A stretch of 64,000 bases of DNA from a virus. Lineage: Duplodnaviria > Caudoviricetes. The number at the start of each line of letters is the position of its first letter. The first letter of the stretch is position 1. Of the stretch, positions 33,464-47,568 are shown piece by piece. The notes under the pieces were generated by a model. That model was not told the origin of the DNA. It searched no databases and worked only from the letters and a program-made list of their open reading frames with translations. The stretch lies in the IMG/VR virus record IMGVR_UViG_3300028833_000074, positions 88,285 through 152,284 of that record. One strand, given 5' to 3'. Both the position numbers and the translations under genes were made by a program.

Positions 33464-35067
33464 TTATATATCTAATTGTTCTTCTGCCACTTCTAATTTT
33501 TCTTCAAAATCTGTTTTTAAGTTCTCTTGTATTTTATCAATTTCAACACCAATATATTTCATATTAATAAGTGATGGCTTGATATGAAATTTGATAATCA
33601 AATCTTTATCACTCAAATCATCTAATATCTGAAAGCCATTGATTTTTTCCATTTGTTTTTTCCAGTATTCCAACTCCATTTTGATTTTTGGTTTTTGATA
33701 TTCGTATAAAGGTTCGCAACTTTTTCTTAAGGCAGTCAAGTAAGCAATTAGGATTTCTCTTTTATTCAGAATCATCCACATCACTTCCTACCTTATTGAA
33801 AGGATTTCCTTTGAAGATAATACGATTAAGTTTATTGAGCAAGGTTTCTTCCATCCAATAAATTTCTTCTGCGATATTATCTTCTTCCAATTTGTGATAA
33901 TCTAATTCAATATCCCATCTTTCGCATAATGCGATAAGCCATTGGTCATATTCATCATTCTTTGCAAGATTATACCAGTATAAAGGCTCTATATCACCAT
34001 CATTGAGATATTTGAAGTCATTGTAAGCGATATATTCATATTTCGCTATATTTTCCCTTAAATGAATATAGTCATATAGGGCTTCTTCTTTATCGTATGC
34101 AAGAAAGAAAGCACAATCGCTTGGATTTGTGCAGACATTATCATTTACATATTCACATTCGCATATTGTTCCATTTTGATATTCACACATTTTATTGACC
34201 CTCTTTGACAAAATCATCTTTTTTATTACAGAATACTATGTTTTTGAAAGCATAGAATTCTCCATTTTCTTCATCTTTAAAATATATTGGTTCTGAATAT
34301 TTACAGTTTTTACATTCTTTGCACATTATATTACCCCCTATTTGCTATCCAATACATAAGCGACATCGCCTACTACATTAGTTAAATGCTTTATTGCATT
34401 TTCAAGTGATTCTAATTTTTCATTCATTTCTGCTAATTCTTTTTGTAGAATTACATTTTGTTCATATAACTGATTTGCTATTCTTGATACCATTTTATAT
34501 ATCCCCAAAAAATTTATTATTCAACATAAATCTATTTCCAACATAAAATCATTCAACAATCTAAAAACTTCAGAATCAACATCAAAACAAGCATCTTGAT
34601 TTTTTGATGCAATTAGAAGTTCTGCACACATTTCTCTATAATTTTTTGCTTGATTCTTTATTCCTAATTTTTCAAAAAGAATCATATTCAAATCAAAGAA
34701 TGAAAGAACCACTTCTGCATCTTCTAATCCTATTTTATGCAGATGATAGGTACTATCATAATCTTTTTGAATTTTCTGTTTTACACTTATCATAATATCA
34801 CCATTTTAATATTTTTTCAATTTCTCTTAATTCACCACTATCGGCAAATAATTCAATATAATTTTTAATACATTCGCTTTTAATATAATTCATATTTGTT
34901 TCTTTCATATCTATGAACCAATCATATAATTCCCAATCAAAAAACCCCAATAACATTATTGCATCGATTTGTTGCTTATTTGCTTGATTTACTTCACAAA
35001 CCAATTGTGGAATCGGATAACAATATGATTCAATATTTTCTGACTTAATTTGCAAGGATATCACCAC
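33464..35067 (-). other. small hypothetical CDSs (33464-33784, 33762-34217, 34521-34793, 34798-35067)
   Basis: Co-directional ORFs. Confidence 0.55.
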
Positions 35068-35375
35068 CTTGTGATATCCATCGCATCATTAGGGCAAATA
35101 TGGTTGCAGAGATAACCTTTAATTTCAATGGCATTCTTATTTTCTGCATCTTTTCCAAGAATAGCAGTAAGTTTGCCATTTTCATCTCTCAAGATTCTTG
35201 CTCCACAATGGTGGCAAGAGCAACCATATGATTCGCCATTAAACCATACTTTCCCATTTGGACTAATGGTTAAAAATCCTAAAAAGCCATCATCCTTGTT
35301 AACAAAAGAACAAGCCCTTACACAAGTGTAGCATTGCTTACACTTATTTGAATTAATGCTCCATACTGTATCCAT
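35061..35375 (-). CDS. 4Fe-4S ferredoxin-like protein
   Basis: CKQCYTCVRAC, CHHC...CNHICP. Confidence 0.8.
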   Translation of the reverse strand: MDTVWSINSNKCKQCYTCVRACSFVNKDDGFLGFLTISPNGKVWFNGESYGCSCHHCGARILRDENGKLTAILGKDAENKNAIEIKGYLCNHICPNDAMDITRW

Positions 35376-35407
35376 TATATCACCTACGAAAAATTATTGC
35401 AGATGGT

Positions 35408-37995
35408 TTAATAGCACCATCTGTATTTGTTCTTGGTATTCTGAAGAAGTTCAGAGAAAAATTCTCCATTTTCTAAATCTTTGTCAATCGCTTCTTTTAA
35501 TTTAGGAGCGATGACTTCAATGGCATTTGCCATTATATCTAATTTCTGTTCCATATCACATTTGTCTTTAAAGACAGATTGATATTCATCGTGCCAGTAG
35601 TGGTTAATGTCAGAAATTCTATCCATCTCTTCTTCTTGCTTACCTATTTGTTTTTTTAGGTTAGCAATTTCCTTATGAAGTTTAATGATTTCTTCATTTT
35701 TTTGATGAAGTTTATCATTTAACTCCTTAATTTCTGCACCAGTTTCTCTGATATATTGTAAATATGTTTCACTCATATTTTATCTCCTTTAATTAAATCT
35801 CTCATTTCATCTTCAAGGTCAAGAATTCTATCGATGATTTTATCTCTAATATTATCATCACATTTTATTCTTAATGTTGATAATTGAGATTCGAGTTCGT
35901 ATAAACTTGAAATTTCCTTACAATAGTCATATAATGTTTTTTCATTAGCCATAATATTTCTCCTATCATTGCATACATATAGTATCTTTTTCATCATATA
36001 TAAATGTTTCTATTCTTGATATAAAAAATCAATACAAAACATTTGTTCTTCATTTTCTTCTTTATCATATAATTTTATATGATGAGAAAGGAAAGGATAT
36101 TTTTCAGTAATAATTTCAATCAATTGATATGCTCCCATTAATGCCCTTGATGTGTTATTAAACATATCCATAAATTCGCAAGACATACCATTGAGTTGAA
36201 GTGATGAACAAGTCATATTGACCCCTACTGGACAGTAAAAGTTTGCAAGGTCGAAGATTTCATTATCAAGTGTTAAATTTGAAAACTCAATCATCCAAAC
36301 TTGTTGCCCATCATCATTAATTTCATATGGGCTATATTTAACTGTAAGCAAGGGAAGATGGGTGATAACAAATTGAGATAATTGATTTAAGCCAGTTTCT
36401 GCATATATCATATTATCATCTTCTTCTATAATATCAAAAAAGACTGCATCCCCACTATCTCCTTGATTAACGATAGTTAGGTTGACTGGGCAATAATTAC
36501 TTACTAATCTTTTGACTTCATTATTAATCTTAATGCTCATCGGATTCCCCCTTGGTTATAACTGTAGTTTTGTAATATTTTTTTGTGACTGGGTCAAAAA
36601 CCACATTTGCTTTCTCTTCTTCTTCGTATAATTCTTTTCCCCATTTGGTTAATTCACCATTATTTCTGATGACTCTATCATATTCAAGGTATTCAGAGCC
36701 ATCTTTTTTAATTTCAATTTTTTTACAATCTCTAATCATTTATATCATCTCATCCACTAACATATGTTGAATTTTCATTGTACTCTTAATGTTTTCAATT
36801 TCTTCTTTAAGTTTTTGTATGTCTTTAATATCTGATTCCACAGTTGTTTCAAGGGATTCAATTCTTGCTTTAATTTCACTATCATCATTATTATTGATGT
36901 ATTGATTCATCTCCTTAAGTGTGCCTTTTTTTAATGCTCTCATATCTTCCTTTAAATCTTTAACTTCATCATTTAAATCTTCAAGAGTATTTGTAATACT
37001 CTGAAGAATATCTACAAGTGCTTGTTCATCCATTATTCCACTTCCATACATTTTTGTAGTTTATCATTCAATGTAGCGAACATTAATTTCGCTTCTTTGA
37101 TATGTCTGCAGTATCCTTTGCGATAATGATAATATTCGCAAGTACATCTCCAAGATTCGCCATCGAAGATTGTAGTGTGATAGCCATCCCTTGATGATTT
37201 AATTCTGAATTTGATTTCCCCATTATCCATATAAATGTCTTGGGATTGTTTTTCACTTTTTTCAACCAACAATTCCTTTAATGATTTATTTATGTCATTT
37301 ATTCTTGCTTGTGTGGTCATTTAATTCCCCCTATAATTTTGTGCTTAATATCCAAGCCTTTTGTAGTTTGCCTTGATATAAGGCATCTGCTATTTGTTCA
37401 ACAATCTGTTTTTCACCACTTTTTTGTAAGCGATGAAACATACACATATATTTGGTCATTACAGTATTATAATTGTTTTCAAAATTAATCAAAGCCCAAT
37501 TACAATTACTTTCATCACCAAAGCAATGATGATAATTATCATCAATTTCCTTTAATCTAACATTTTTTTTCTTCGCTTCTTGGAACATTTCGTATCACCA
37601 TTCCATATATATAGTATGTCCTTAATGGTATATAAATGTTTGTGTTGTTTGTATAAAATAGAATGAAAAATATGATTGATTTAGAAATCATATTCTTCAT
37701 CCATATAGAGAATCGCTTCTTCTTCACAATGAATTTGTGGTACAAATTTACCAAAAGCATATAGTAAGTCATCTGAAGAAAATGGTTCTATTGCATCTTT
37801 AAAATCTTTAATGACAGTTAAATATATAACTGCATCTGTTTCATCCATATAATCGCAAAATGGCACTAAAATGCTTAATTGAATTGGCTTATAAGTACCA
37901 TAAATAATTTGCATACCTATTCTTCTGATACAAGCAAGAAATTCTACTTGTTTTTTGTTGTTTAAACTATAAAAGTCGCTTTCCATATATATCAC
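35408..37995 (-). other. small hypothetical CDSs (35408-35776, 35773-35997, 36010-36540, 36530-36739, 36740-37051, 37331-37588, 37681-37995)
   Basis: Co-directional ORFs; TATA boxes at 35997 and 37629. Confidence 0.6.
37033..37320 (-). CDS. SWIM zinc-finger protein
   Basis: CTC-x9-CRH. Confidence 0.8.
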   Translation of the reverse strand: MTTQARINDINKSLKELLVEKSEKQSQDIYMDNGEIKFRIKSSRDGYHTTIFDGESWRCTCEYYHYRKGYCRHIKEAKLMFATLNDKLQKCMEVE

Positions 37996-38027
37996 CTTGT
38001 TTATTTTTTATAGAAAAAATGGGGTTT

Positions 38028-39302
38028 TTAGACATTCCAACACCAAGAAAGAGCGATGTGTTGCCTTTTAGCCCAATTTTTTATGAATTTAAGTTCTTCA
38101 TCAGTCGGTTTACTATCTTCTTTCCCATATGCTTGGAGCAATACACCCTTTTTAACTTCTATGGTTACCAAAGGAGTATCCAAGTCTTTAGTTTCTCTCA
38201 AAAAGAGAATGCAAGTTTTACCATCACACATTGGTTGAATATAAGACCTAACACAATGTTTAAGTGTATCGGCTTCTACTTCAATCTCTGTTGAATGTTT
38301 TGGTACAACAATAGAATATTTTTGTGTTTGATATTCATAATGTTGATTCTTTGCAGACATTCTTGCGAAACTTATTTCATTGATACTCTGTTTCATAATT
38401 GCAAAATCTTTTTTAGTAATCAGAAATTGTGTAGCGAAAAATTTTGGATATTTTTCCACTTTTACTGATTTCCCTTTTTTTAGAGAATATTGCATATTCA
38501 GATAGTCATAATAATGTCTGCCATTAAAGAGATATTCAATATCAATACTTTCCACTCTTTTCATTCTATCTAAAAACCTAATAAAAGCCTTAATATCTAA
38601 ATTAAAATCTTCTATAGTTTCTAATATAGAATCTCTAATGGAAGATGGATGTTCATTATTGAATGCATATTCTAAACAGTTTTCAATTCTTTGATAAGCA
38701 GAATAACTAACTCTTTTACATCCAAATAAATCTGAAAATTGAGGCATATGGCTATATTCAAGCAATTCGTGATATATTTTTAATTGCTTTACATTATAAC
38801 TATGCATTACATACTGAAATTCTTTCATACTTAATTGCATATTGTATTTTTTAATTATCTTTAACATTTGCTTGTCAAATTCTGATGGTTCAAAATCGAA
38901 TAGAAAATGATGATATGTATAAATTTCGCCATCATTTCTTTCCATCACTTCCAAATGCTCATCAACATCCTTAAAATGCATATCAATCGCATCCCATTTC
39001 TCAAATGTTAAAGTAGGCTCAAATGTAGCAAAATGCTCAATGTATCTGACTGGAGATTTATATCTCCTTAATAGTTTATGTGATTTGTTAAACCAAAATA
39101 ATCTTGCAAATTTATGCTCTTTTGTAACTAAAGTGCAATCTGTAAACCATTTTGTGATATTCGCTACTTTTACTGGAGTTACTTTAACTCCAGTTGTTTT
39201 ATAGTGATTAATTCGTTCAAAATTGCCATTTTTAAGATTGTATCTATATTGTTTAGGGTCATTTTCTTTTTCAAGATAAATGAATTCCTTATCTTTTGTC
39301 AT
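38028..39302 (-). CDS. PcfJ-like domain protein
   Basis: YYDYLNM...IVVPK..EADTLKHCVRSY..ILFLR..PLVTIEV..QAYG. Confidence 0.85.
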   Translation of the reverse strand: MTKDKEFIYLEKENDPKQYRYNLKNGNFERINHYKTTGVKVTPVKVANITKWFTDCTLVTKEHKFARLFWFNKSHKLLRRYKSPVRYIEHFATFEPTLTFEKWDAIDMHFKDVDEHLEVMERNDGEIYTYHHFLFDFEPSEFDKQMLKIIKKYNMQLSMKEFQYVMHSYNVKQLKIYHELLEYSHMPQFSDLFGCKRVSYSAYQRIENCLEYAFNNEHPSSIRDSILETIEDFNLDIKAFIRFLDRMKRVESIDIEYLFNGRHYYDYLNMQYSLKKGKSVKVEKYPKFFATQFLITKKDFAIMKQSINEISFARMSAKNQHYEYQTQKYSIVVPKHSTEIEVEADTLKHCVRSYIQPMCDGKTCILFLRETKDLDTPLVTIEVKKGVLLQAYGKEDSKPTDEELKFIKNWAKRQHIALSWCWNV

Positions 39303-39365
39303 AAAGATTCTTGGGGCATTTACTTGCCCCTTGTGTAAAGTATATATAGTTATAATATCATCCCC

Positions 39366-42300
39366 TTATATATTATAATAAGAAGTGCGAAGTTTTTCTG
39401 TCATATCTTCAAAATCATCCTTGTCGATATCTAATAAATATAGCCAAGTGTCAATGATATTTTCTTCATAATCAATTGTGATTGTTTCAATATCACAACG
39501 ATGAATGAAGATGTCTTGAATATCCCTTTGACCATTAAAGGTGACTTCGTAGCAGTCACTATAATCAATATTGTCGATATATGTTTTTGTAAAAGTCATA
39601 TAGATATCAAAATCGATATTAACTTCAGATAAATGACATACACCAATTTTTAGGCTTTGTAATTTGATATCTTGCCTTTGCAAGAGTATAGAAAGCATTC
39701 TCCATCTTTCTGTTTGATATACTGCTTGGTTGACTACATTAAAAAACATTATATAACTCCTTAATGCTCTAATTTTTTCCCCATTATCTCTTCGTATGCT
39801 TTATCTTCAATAAGGCATTCAATATGGTGTTTTTTTGCTATATCAATAATAGGTTGATATAAAGACTTTGCTACACCTTGCAATATGCCATCTTCAAAGA
39901 AATCACAATCGATGGTATATCCACTCCAAGACTCATTATTGGACATTAATATGTCAAATTCGCTAATGCAGTCGGCAATTAAATCTTCTGCATATTGTCT
40001 TGGTGAGCAATTGACAGTTATAAATTCTTCCTTTTCTTTATCGTATGCTTTTGCAGTACAATAAACTTCTTGTTGATTCCATCTGACAAAATCTTCAACA
40101 AAATCATTTGTCAGATAATCATATAATAGGTATATATCATACCAAGTTTTATTATGTACAGAAACTAATTCTGCCATCATTTTGGTTCTACTGTCAAGAT
40201 AAAACCACATATTTGCTTTATCTTGTAATGATTTTGATGCTTCATAGATAATATCATCAATAGTATCAATAGTTTCATCTAAAGGTATTTCAGAGAAATC
40301 TATTTGAGATTCTCTTTCTGCACATCTTTTAACATCTTTTAAGTCTTCTTCATTTTCAAGTTCAAACTCTACAAGAGTATTGTATCTTTCTCTTGCTTCA
40401 ACAAGAGATATAAGGTTTTCAATATTTAATTCTTTCATTTAACTCACTTCCTTTTTATTTTTAGGGGGGAATATGCCCACTTCCACAACCATAGTTAATG
40501 TTTGATTTATATCACATTAACCCCAATTAACTTCCCCTACTTATATATTGCACTTCATCCTATATAAATGTTGTTATTCATATTTAATACGAACATTAAT
40601 GGTCTTTACATATTTATTGCCAGTTTCTTTAAATTTATAATCGATGAAGCCAAATTCCTTGTTGAGCATATACATCATTTTTAAGTAACATCTTTGTAAT
40701 TGCTCTCTATAGTTCTTGATATTCTTTTCAACACTAATGCTAATGCTATATTGTTTCCAAGACTGGTAATCTCTTTTAAAGCCCCCATAAACATTGGGTT
40801 CGCTTAAAATTACAACATCAACAATTTGTTCAATTTCTTTAATAATTTTATCGCTATGTTTCAATATATCACATCCTTTTATGCATCATATCCTATTTTT
40901 CGACAACAGACATCATAATATTTTCGCTTAAACATTGATAAAGGTTGCTTATTGAAAATCCAATATTCAGTTCTGACATTATTTTTCATTCTTAATACTG
41001 GTTCTCTTTCGCACATTTCTCCCAAAATTGTTTCATTATATAATTTGTCTAAACGATTTTGATGTTCAAAAGTGCTTAAATGAAGCCAATGACTAATTGT
41101 CCATACATTTTTTTTATAAGCACCATTTCTTTTTTTACTATTCCACATCTGAACCATTTTATCATATTCGCTTAATTGTTTATTTTGTTGCTTGATTTTA
41201 TCTTTTTTGATAAAATTTTGATATTTATTTGTATAATGATGAATTTCTTCTTTCGTTAGTGGTTTTTTGCTATCAAGAAAATCAAGATAATATTTTAACT
41301 GATAATCTTGATATGCTCCATTCACTCTTTTGATACCCAAATGATGCATCACATCATAAGGTTCTGTTAATTCACAATTTCTTTCTCTGATTTCCATTGC
41401 AGTCATTTTTGCTAAATCTTTTGCCCCCTTAATGCCTAATCCAAGCCCTATAAAAGCCAATGTCATTCCTATCAATATATCACAACCTTAATAAGAAGAT
41501 ACATCGATAACAATGTCATTTTCTTCATCAATTCTGATGCGATTAATTTTAAGATATTCGCCACCATCATTGTTCTCTAATTTAACTACCACTTCTCCAG
41601 TTGTCCATTCGTTATAAGCCAACAGAAAATTTCCTATTTTATATGCCATACTGTCTGTATTAATATCTTCTAAACTTGTCATTTATATCACTTCCTTATA
41701 TAATTCATCTTTTTCATTCAATAATGAACATAAATAATTAATTTTTAATTCATTATGATATATTTCAATTTTTTTATGATTTGGTATTATTTTTTTGATG
41801 ATATGAATAAATATTGTATCATATTCACTTATTCGTGAATATAATTCGCCATATTTTGCATATTCATTCTTTTGCAATGTTTTCATTGCTAATATTTTAG
41901 CAATATAGCCATCTTCATCGTAGTAAAATTGTATTGGCACTTTTATATCTTCTGATTCTGCAAGTGCCACAGTAAAAACCCAGTATTTTTCATACATGAT
42001 AGTATCCCCTTACTTAATCTTCTTTAATCATTGTTTAAAATCTCAATTTCGTTTTCACAAGCATAATCTAATGCATATGAGAGTAATGTAGCCCCTATAT
42101 CATCTGTGATATTCCAAATAGTTCGTTCGATATCATATTTGTCGGCTACATCTTTACCTAAATATTCATCACCCCTTTTTAAATTTGATAATACTTCTTG
42201 TCTGCCCAAATTACTTTGTGAGATAACAAGTGTTTCTCCACTAAAGAATTCCATTGTAGGACAAGATGCATTGTTATACTCATCTAAAAAGGCTTCGATA

Positions 42301-45300
42301 ATTTCTACTGCTTGAGAATACTCCATATTACGAAGAATATCGATATTATTTTTTGTTATAATTCTTATATCATTATCTTCATCGATGAATGCTTGTTTGC
42401 CTATTTCTGCACTTTCCTTAAAGAATTTTCCATCATCTTTAGTTATAAATATCTTTAATTCTTTAGGTTCAATACCTTTTTTGTTTGCAAGATGATTTAA
42501 ATCTGCTAAAGTTATGTAATCTGTCATTATATCACCTATTCAATAAAATTATAAAGATTTTTTGTTTTTAGTTTTTCGTTCCTTTTTTGATGTTGCTTTT
42601 CGATATCGAAATACATTCCGATATCAGAAAAAAACATTAATATTAATTGTTTAATTAACATTTTACCACTCTTATTGTGCGATATCTAAATTTTTGTTCA
42701 ATTTCTTCAACAATTGCAATCATATCTATATTATCTTTTAATTCATATTCATTTTTCCATACTGTATCCAGTATTTCTTGAAATTCAAATCGATAAACAC
42801 TACCCAATGCATCAAATACATCATATGCTACTTCAAGAAAATGAACAAAAGCATCTTGTGTATTCAATCCTTGAAATAATCCATAATTAGTATAGAATTT
42901 TCTAATTAAAGCATCAGAATTTAATTCTTTTGTTGGGATTTTTGACATATAGTCATCAATCATATATGCCATTTTATTTTCCCCCAAAGATTAATTGTCT
43001 ATATGCTCTTTCATCATCTACTCTGTAATCGCAATTTTTATCATATAGTTTTTCTGCTTTTTTATTAATTGTTCTGATGAGAGTTTTTTCATATTGATTT
43101 AGAAAATTATCATACATAGCAAAGTATTCAAAATCTCCTAAATCTTCAATGAGCATATCGTTGCAAATTGGATATTGCAATCCGATATCGTGGATTTCAT
43201 CTATATCATATGTTTTGTAATCCATATGACCCCATTCGGAGTAATCTTCCCATTTACATTCTGCAATATAATTACAAAAATCTTCAATATCTATACAGTT
43301 TATTAAATTAATTTGCATCTACATCATCCCCATAAAATTCGGATTTAATTCCATTTTTAAGTTGGTTTGAAAGTTGTTCTGCTTGTTGTTTAGTTCCACA
43401 GAAACTTGCTTTATCCAGTAATCTGTTATGTTCGTTATAAAATCTTAAAATGATTTTGTCATCTTCATAATATACATCAATTTTATCAATAGTATCAATA
43501 ATTTTAACCCAGTTAATATAGCGACCAAGTCTTAAGTTTTCTTTTAATTGAGTCATATTGATGTATAAATTTGTACCATTACAAGTATAATTTTCATAAA
43601 AGATTTCATAGTCTTTTTCACATTGTTCTTCGATAATCAATTCTGTATTTAAATATTTTGGAGTGATATTAACATTGTATTCTACTTTCCAATTATCAAT
43701 GACTACAGATTGATGGTCGATACAATCTCTTGTAATATGTACATATGCTTTTGAATGACAAACTTCATATCCTAATTTTTTTAGAATATCATCAATTGTA
43801 TCTGTATACACTTCATTATATATACTGCTTTCCATTTTTATTCCCCCTTATACTCCCTATACTCTTTTTCAGAGCAAGGGATATCTTCATAAGTTAAGCA
43901 ATTGATAACTTCAATAATTTCATCATTGCTTTCTTGTTTACTGATGTAATCAATCGCTTCTTTAATTTCATCTGTCACATTAACTCTTTCAAGAAAATCT
44001 AAAGCATCGGCTTTAATATCTTTGCCCTTGCAATAGTCTTTCTCTAACCATTCTACATTTGTAGATACAATATCTACATCTGCTTGTCTGTACCAATCTT
44101 TCATTTTGTCACTTCCTAAAAAATTTGTGAATTTAATTCACAATAATACTTTGTTCGGCATCCTATATAAATGTTTCTATTTGGATGGTTCAAATAAAGT
44201 AATAGTAATTTTATCATTATCATATTCAAGATAATTTTTTCTATTAGTTTTATTGTGAAATTCACTTAATAATTCTTCGATATTTGAAATAAGTTTTTCT
44301 ACATCTTTATCTGCACTTCCGATTGCATAGATTTGTGTTTCATCATCACATTTGTAGTGGGCTTCTAAAAACTTTTTAATTGTTTGCATCGCATTTAAAT
44401 TGATTTTTGCTCCATCTTCGACATAGTAATCTAATACTGCTCTCCATCCCCCAAGAATGAAAGAGATTATTAAATCGCTTATTTTTTCATCTGAACACCA
44501 ATATAAACTTTTGGAATCACCATAATAATCACATATTATGTGTTCTTCTTTGCAACCATCGTAGCATCCATAATATCCACTACATCTTTCGTTGCAGAAG
44601 AATTCGGCATTTTGGTCGCATTTGGAACAATCAATACCTAATAAATCCCATACTTGACCTTTATCTGCATCCAGTATTTGATTCCACAATTCTTCTACAT
44701 CGGTTGCTATAATATCTTCTACAGTTATATCTGTTTCAGTAATATCTTGCAATAACTTATCTTGTTCTTCAGAAGATAACTCAAACCACTTTAATAATAA
44801 ATCTGTTCGTGTCCATTCGCTTGGCATTTTTATCACCCATTAATAATTTTAGTAATTTTTGCAATTGCTACTGGAGAGAGTTTATCTATTCTCTCTGCAA
44901 TCATTTTCCTATTATCTTCAACATTAGAGTAAGCATCAATAGTTGCTTGTGTAATGTCTTCATTATATCCTTTAATTAAATCTGATTGTTTGATTCCCCA
45001 ATAATCATTCAATTCAGAGTCTTCTACATCCCTTAATTCATTCTCAAAGATGATGCTCCTTAATTCTTCATTATCTAATTTGTGAAGACATTTTTTTGCA
45101 TTTTTAAGCAAATATTTTCTTTGTTCTTTTCTGTCTTCATAATTATCAAATTTTCTTCCACGATTATCCTTTACATATTCCCCAATGACAATTTTCCATA
45201 TATTTTGTATGCCATTGTCGGAGAGATTTTCATCTTCTCTCCATAGGCAAAATTTAAAAACTTTATATAATTCTGCAAAATCTTCTTCTGTTTCCATAAG

Positions 45301-46071
45301 TACAAAAGAATAATCATCATAAAATATTTTTGCAAATTTTTCTTGTTCTTCAGTATTCATTGGATTCCCCCTAATATTAAATTTTTAATTTTTTTTTCTA
45401 ACTCTTCGTAAAGAGCAAATGCTCTTTCATCGCCAATTTCAACATCAGAGTATAGATGTTTATAATATTTATAATCTTTTACTTCGATGTCATATTTATC
45501 ACATTTTTGAATCATTAGTGACTCAAATTTTGCGATTACTTCTTTATTGTCGGTTTCATCATCCCAAGCACCAATATATTCACCATTTGCTTGAGCAATT
45601 TCAATTAAATCTTCAATCAAAGTTTTATAATTGTTCATTGTATCTCCTTTTATAATAATCTATATCAAAATATTCGATGTCATATGCCTTAAATTGATAT
45701 TTTGCATCAATATGGGTGTAAATAGTGACACCTACCCATTCTTCTTCATCTTCTATAGCAGTTTCGATTTGCTCTCTATCGTAATGTGCTTCTACGAAAG
45801 GTAAACGATTTATTTTATCGATGATTTCTCTGACTTCAATAAAAGCATTTTCAGTCATAAATAAGATTTCGTAATCCATTCCGATGTGAGAAATACCCAC
45901 TCTTGTCTTTGATTCCCAAACATCGCAATCACATATCTCATTGTTGACAGTTAATGAATCTTTCATATCCATATCAACAATTATCATTTTGATTTTGTTC
46001 TCTTCACTTTGGGAATCAAAGATTTGCTCCCTTTCTTGTATCTTTTCAACAATTTTTGTTCCAGTACTCAT
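39366..46071 (-). other. run of acidic early-type hypothetical CDSs (39366-39749, 39761-40438, 40574-40864, 40879-41475, 41488-41682, 41683-41997, 42024-42527, 42655-42987, 42974-43318, 43308-43835, 43838-44104, 44177-44836, 44833-45360, 45357-45638, 45625-46071)
   Basis: Coupled ORFs with RBS; no recognisable domains. Confidence 0.65.
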
Positions 46072-46230
46072 TATATCACCATTAAGTTAAACATTTTATT
46101 ATTTTCATAAAATTTAATAGTTTGCATAAGGTCTTTCTGTCTTTGTTCTTGTTCTTTAATATTGATTTTTGTTTTGTATTTGTGTGCTTGATTTAATTTG
46201 TTTCCCATTTGTATTCCCCCATAATAGATG

Positions 46231-46581
46231 CTATTTGATTATAGCATCTATAATAATCACATTTCTGTGTATTTCTTTTATATAAAAGTTGTATCCTTTG
46301 TAAAAAAGAAACATTCTGTGATTATTGAAATATTTATCTTCAATCAAATTTTCCCCATCTATTCTTTCAAAAATACTACCGATTCGTTGATTTTTTGAAT
46401 TATAAACTTCTAATCCTTGAGCGAATTCGGTGCTTTCTTTAAGAAAGACTTGTTCACCGATATTTAAGTTCTTAACATCAAAATCGTAGAAGTGCATTCC
46501 TACGATTTTTGTTAAAAATCTTCTTGGCATTATTTTGCCAAATTTGTTAAATTGAAATATTTTAATTTGCATTGTAATCAT
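46231..46581 (-). CDS. HIRAN-like domain protein
   Basis: TKIVGMHFY..LNIGEQVFL..LEVYNSKNQRIGSI. Confidence 0.6.
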   Translation of the reverse strand: MITMQIKIFQFNKFGKIMPRRFLTKIVGMHFYDFDVKNLNIGEQVFLKESTEFAQGLEVYNSKNQRIGSIFERIDGENLIEDKYFNNHRMFLFYKGYNFYIKEIHRNVIIIDAIIK

Positions 46582-46659
46582 TTCCTATATTTTGGTAAAT
46601 TTGCGAATCTCAATGATTCACACATATAGTTTATTCGACATCCTATATAAAGGTTTTGG

Positions 46660-46902
46660 TTATAATAGTAATTTTTTTCCCAATTCCTTTATTGCTAACT
46701 TTACATTTTTAGAGCATTTATCACTATTTTTGATATCAAAATGCTCATATGAATAGGTGCATTTGCACCCTTTTTCGTGGAAATTGCTACATCCGACAAA
46801 TAAGCCGAATCTACCTTTTTTAATCACCAAATTTCCACCACATTTTTGGCATTCACCGACAACATCGCCGACATTAATGCCTAATAAATTTTTTAATTTT
46901 AT
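46660..46902 (-). CDS. topoisomerase-type C4 zinc-ribbon protein (absent from the ORF track; probable ATA start)
   Basis: IKLKNLLG...GECQKCGGNLVIKKGRFGLFVGCSNFHEKGC; 80 aa after a GGAG RBS. Confidence 0.75.
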   Translation of the reverse strand: MKLKNLLGINVGDVVGECQKCGGNLVIKKGRFGLFVGCSNFHEKGCKCTYSYEHFDIKNSDKCSKNVKLAIKELGKKLLL

Positions 46903-47520
46903 TGTATCATCTCCACTTTGATACTATATTTTTCTAAATATTTAATATATTTTTGTAGAGTTTTATAACCATAAATTTCTACAATTATCAAACTATCTTC
47001 TTGATTTGGTTCAACAAAATAATAATGATAATTATTATAATTATGTATCTTCAGATATTTGAATAATTTCTGAAGACACTTTTGAGTTACTGTGCATTTA
47101 TACCAGTTACTCATATAATCTACCACCAATCTTCGCATTTATTACATTGCACACAGATGTCTATATCATCGGCTACACAGAAATATTCATCTGTATAATC
47201 AATATATTTATATTTGAAAACTTCATTAAGTCTTTGATAAACTTGCCAAATGGTTAGTCCACCATTGGCTTCATCTTCGACAACATTGTCATTTTCATCG
47301 ACAACGATGTAAGTGTAATCAAACAAGTTTTTTTTCTTGTTTTCTTTCCATTGTTGTATTTCAAAATACACAACGAAATTATCTTTAAATTTTTTAATTG
47401 CAGTACTTATGGTTCGTAAACCTTTAGTGTCGAACCCTTTGTAATATTCATCGAATATTCTTTTGTAATGTGATTGTTTTTTTTCTTTCATTTTATCTCT
47501 CCTATTTTGCGAATCTAAAA

Positions 47521-47568
47521 GGAAGTGTGGCATAGGAATTGCCATCATATAGTCAAAACTACACTTCC
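47521..47568 (-). ncRNA. tRNA-like element (variant)
   Basis: GGAAGTG/CACTTCC stem stacked on TGGCA-7nt-TGCCA. Confidence 0.55.
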
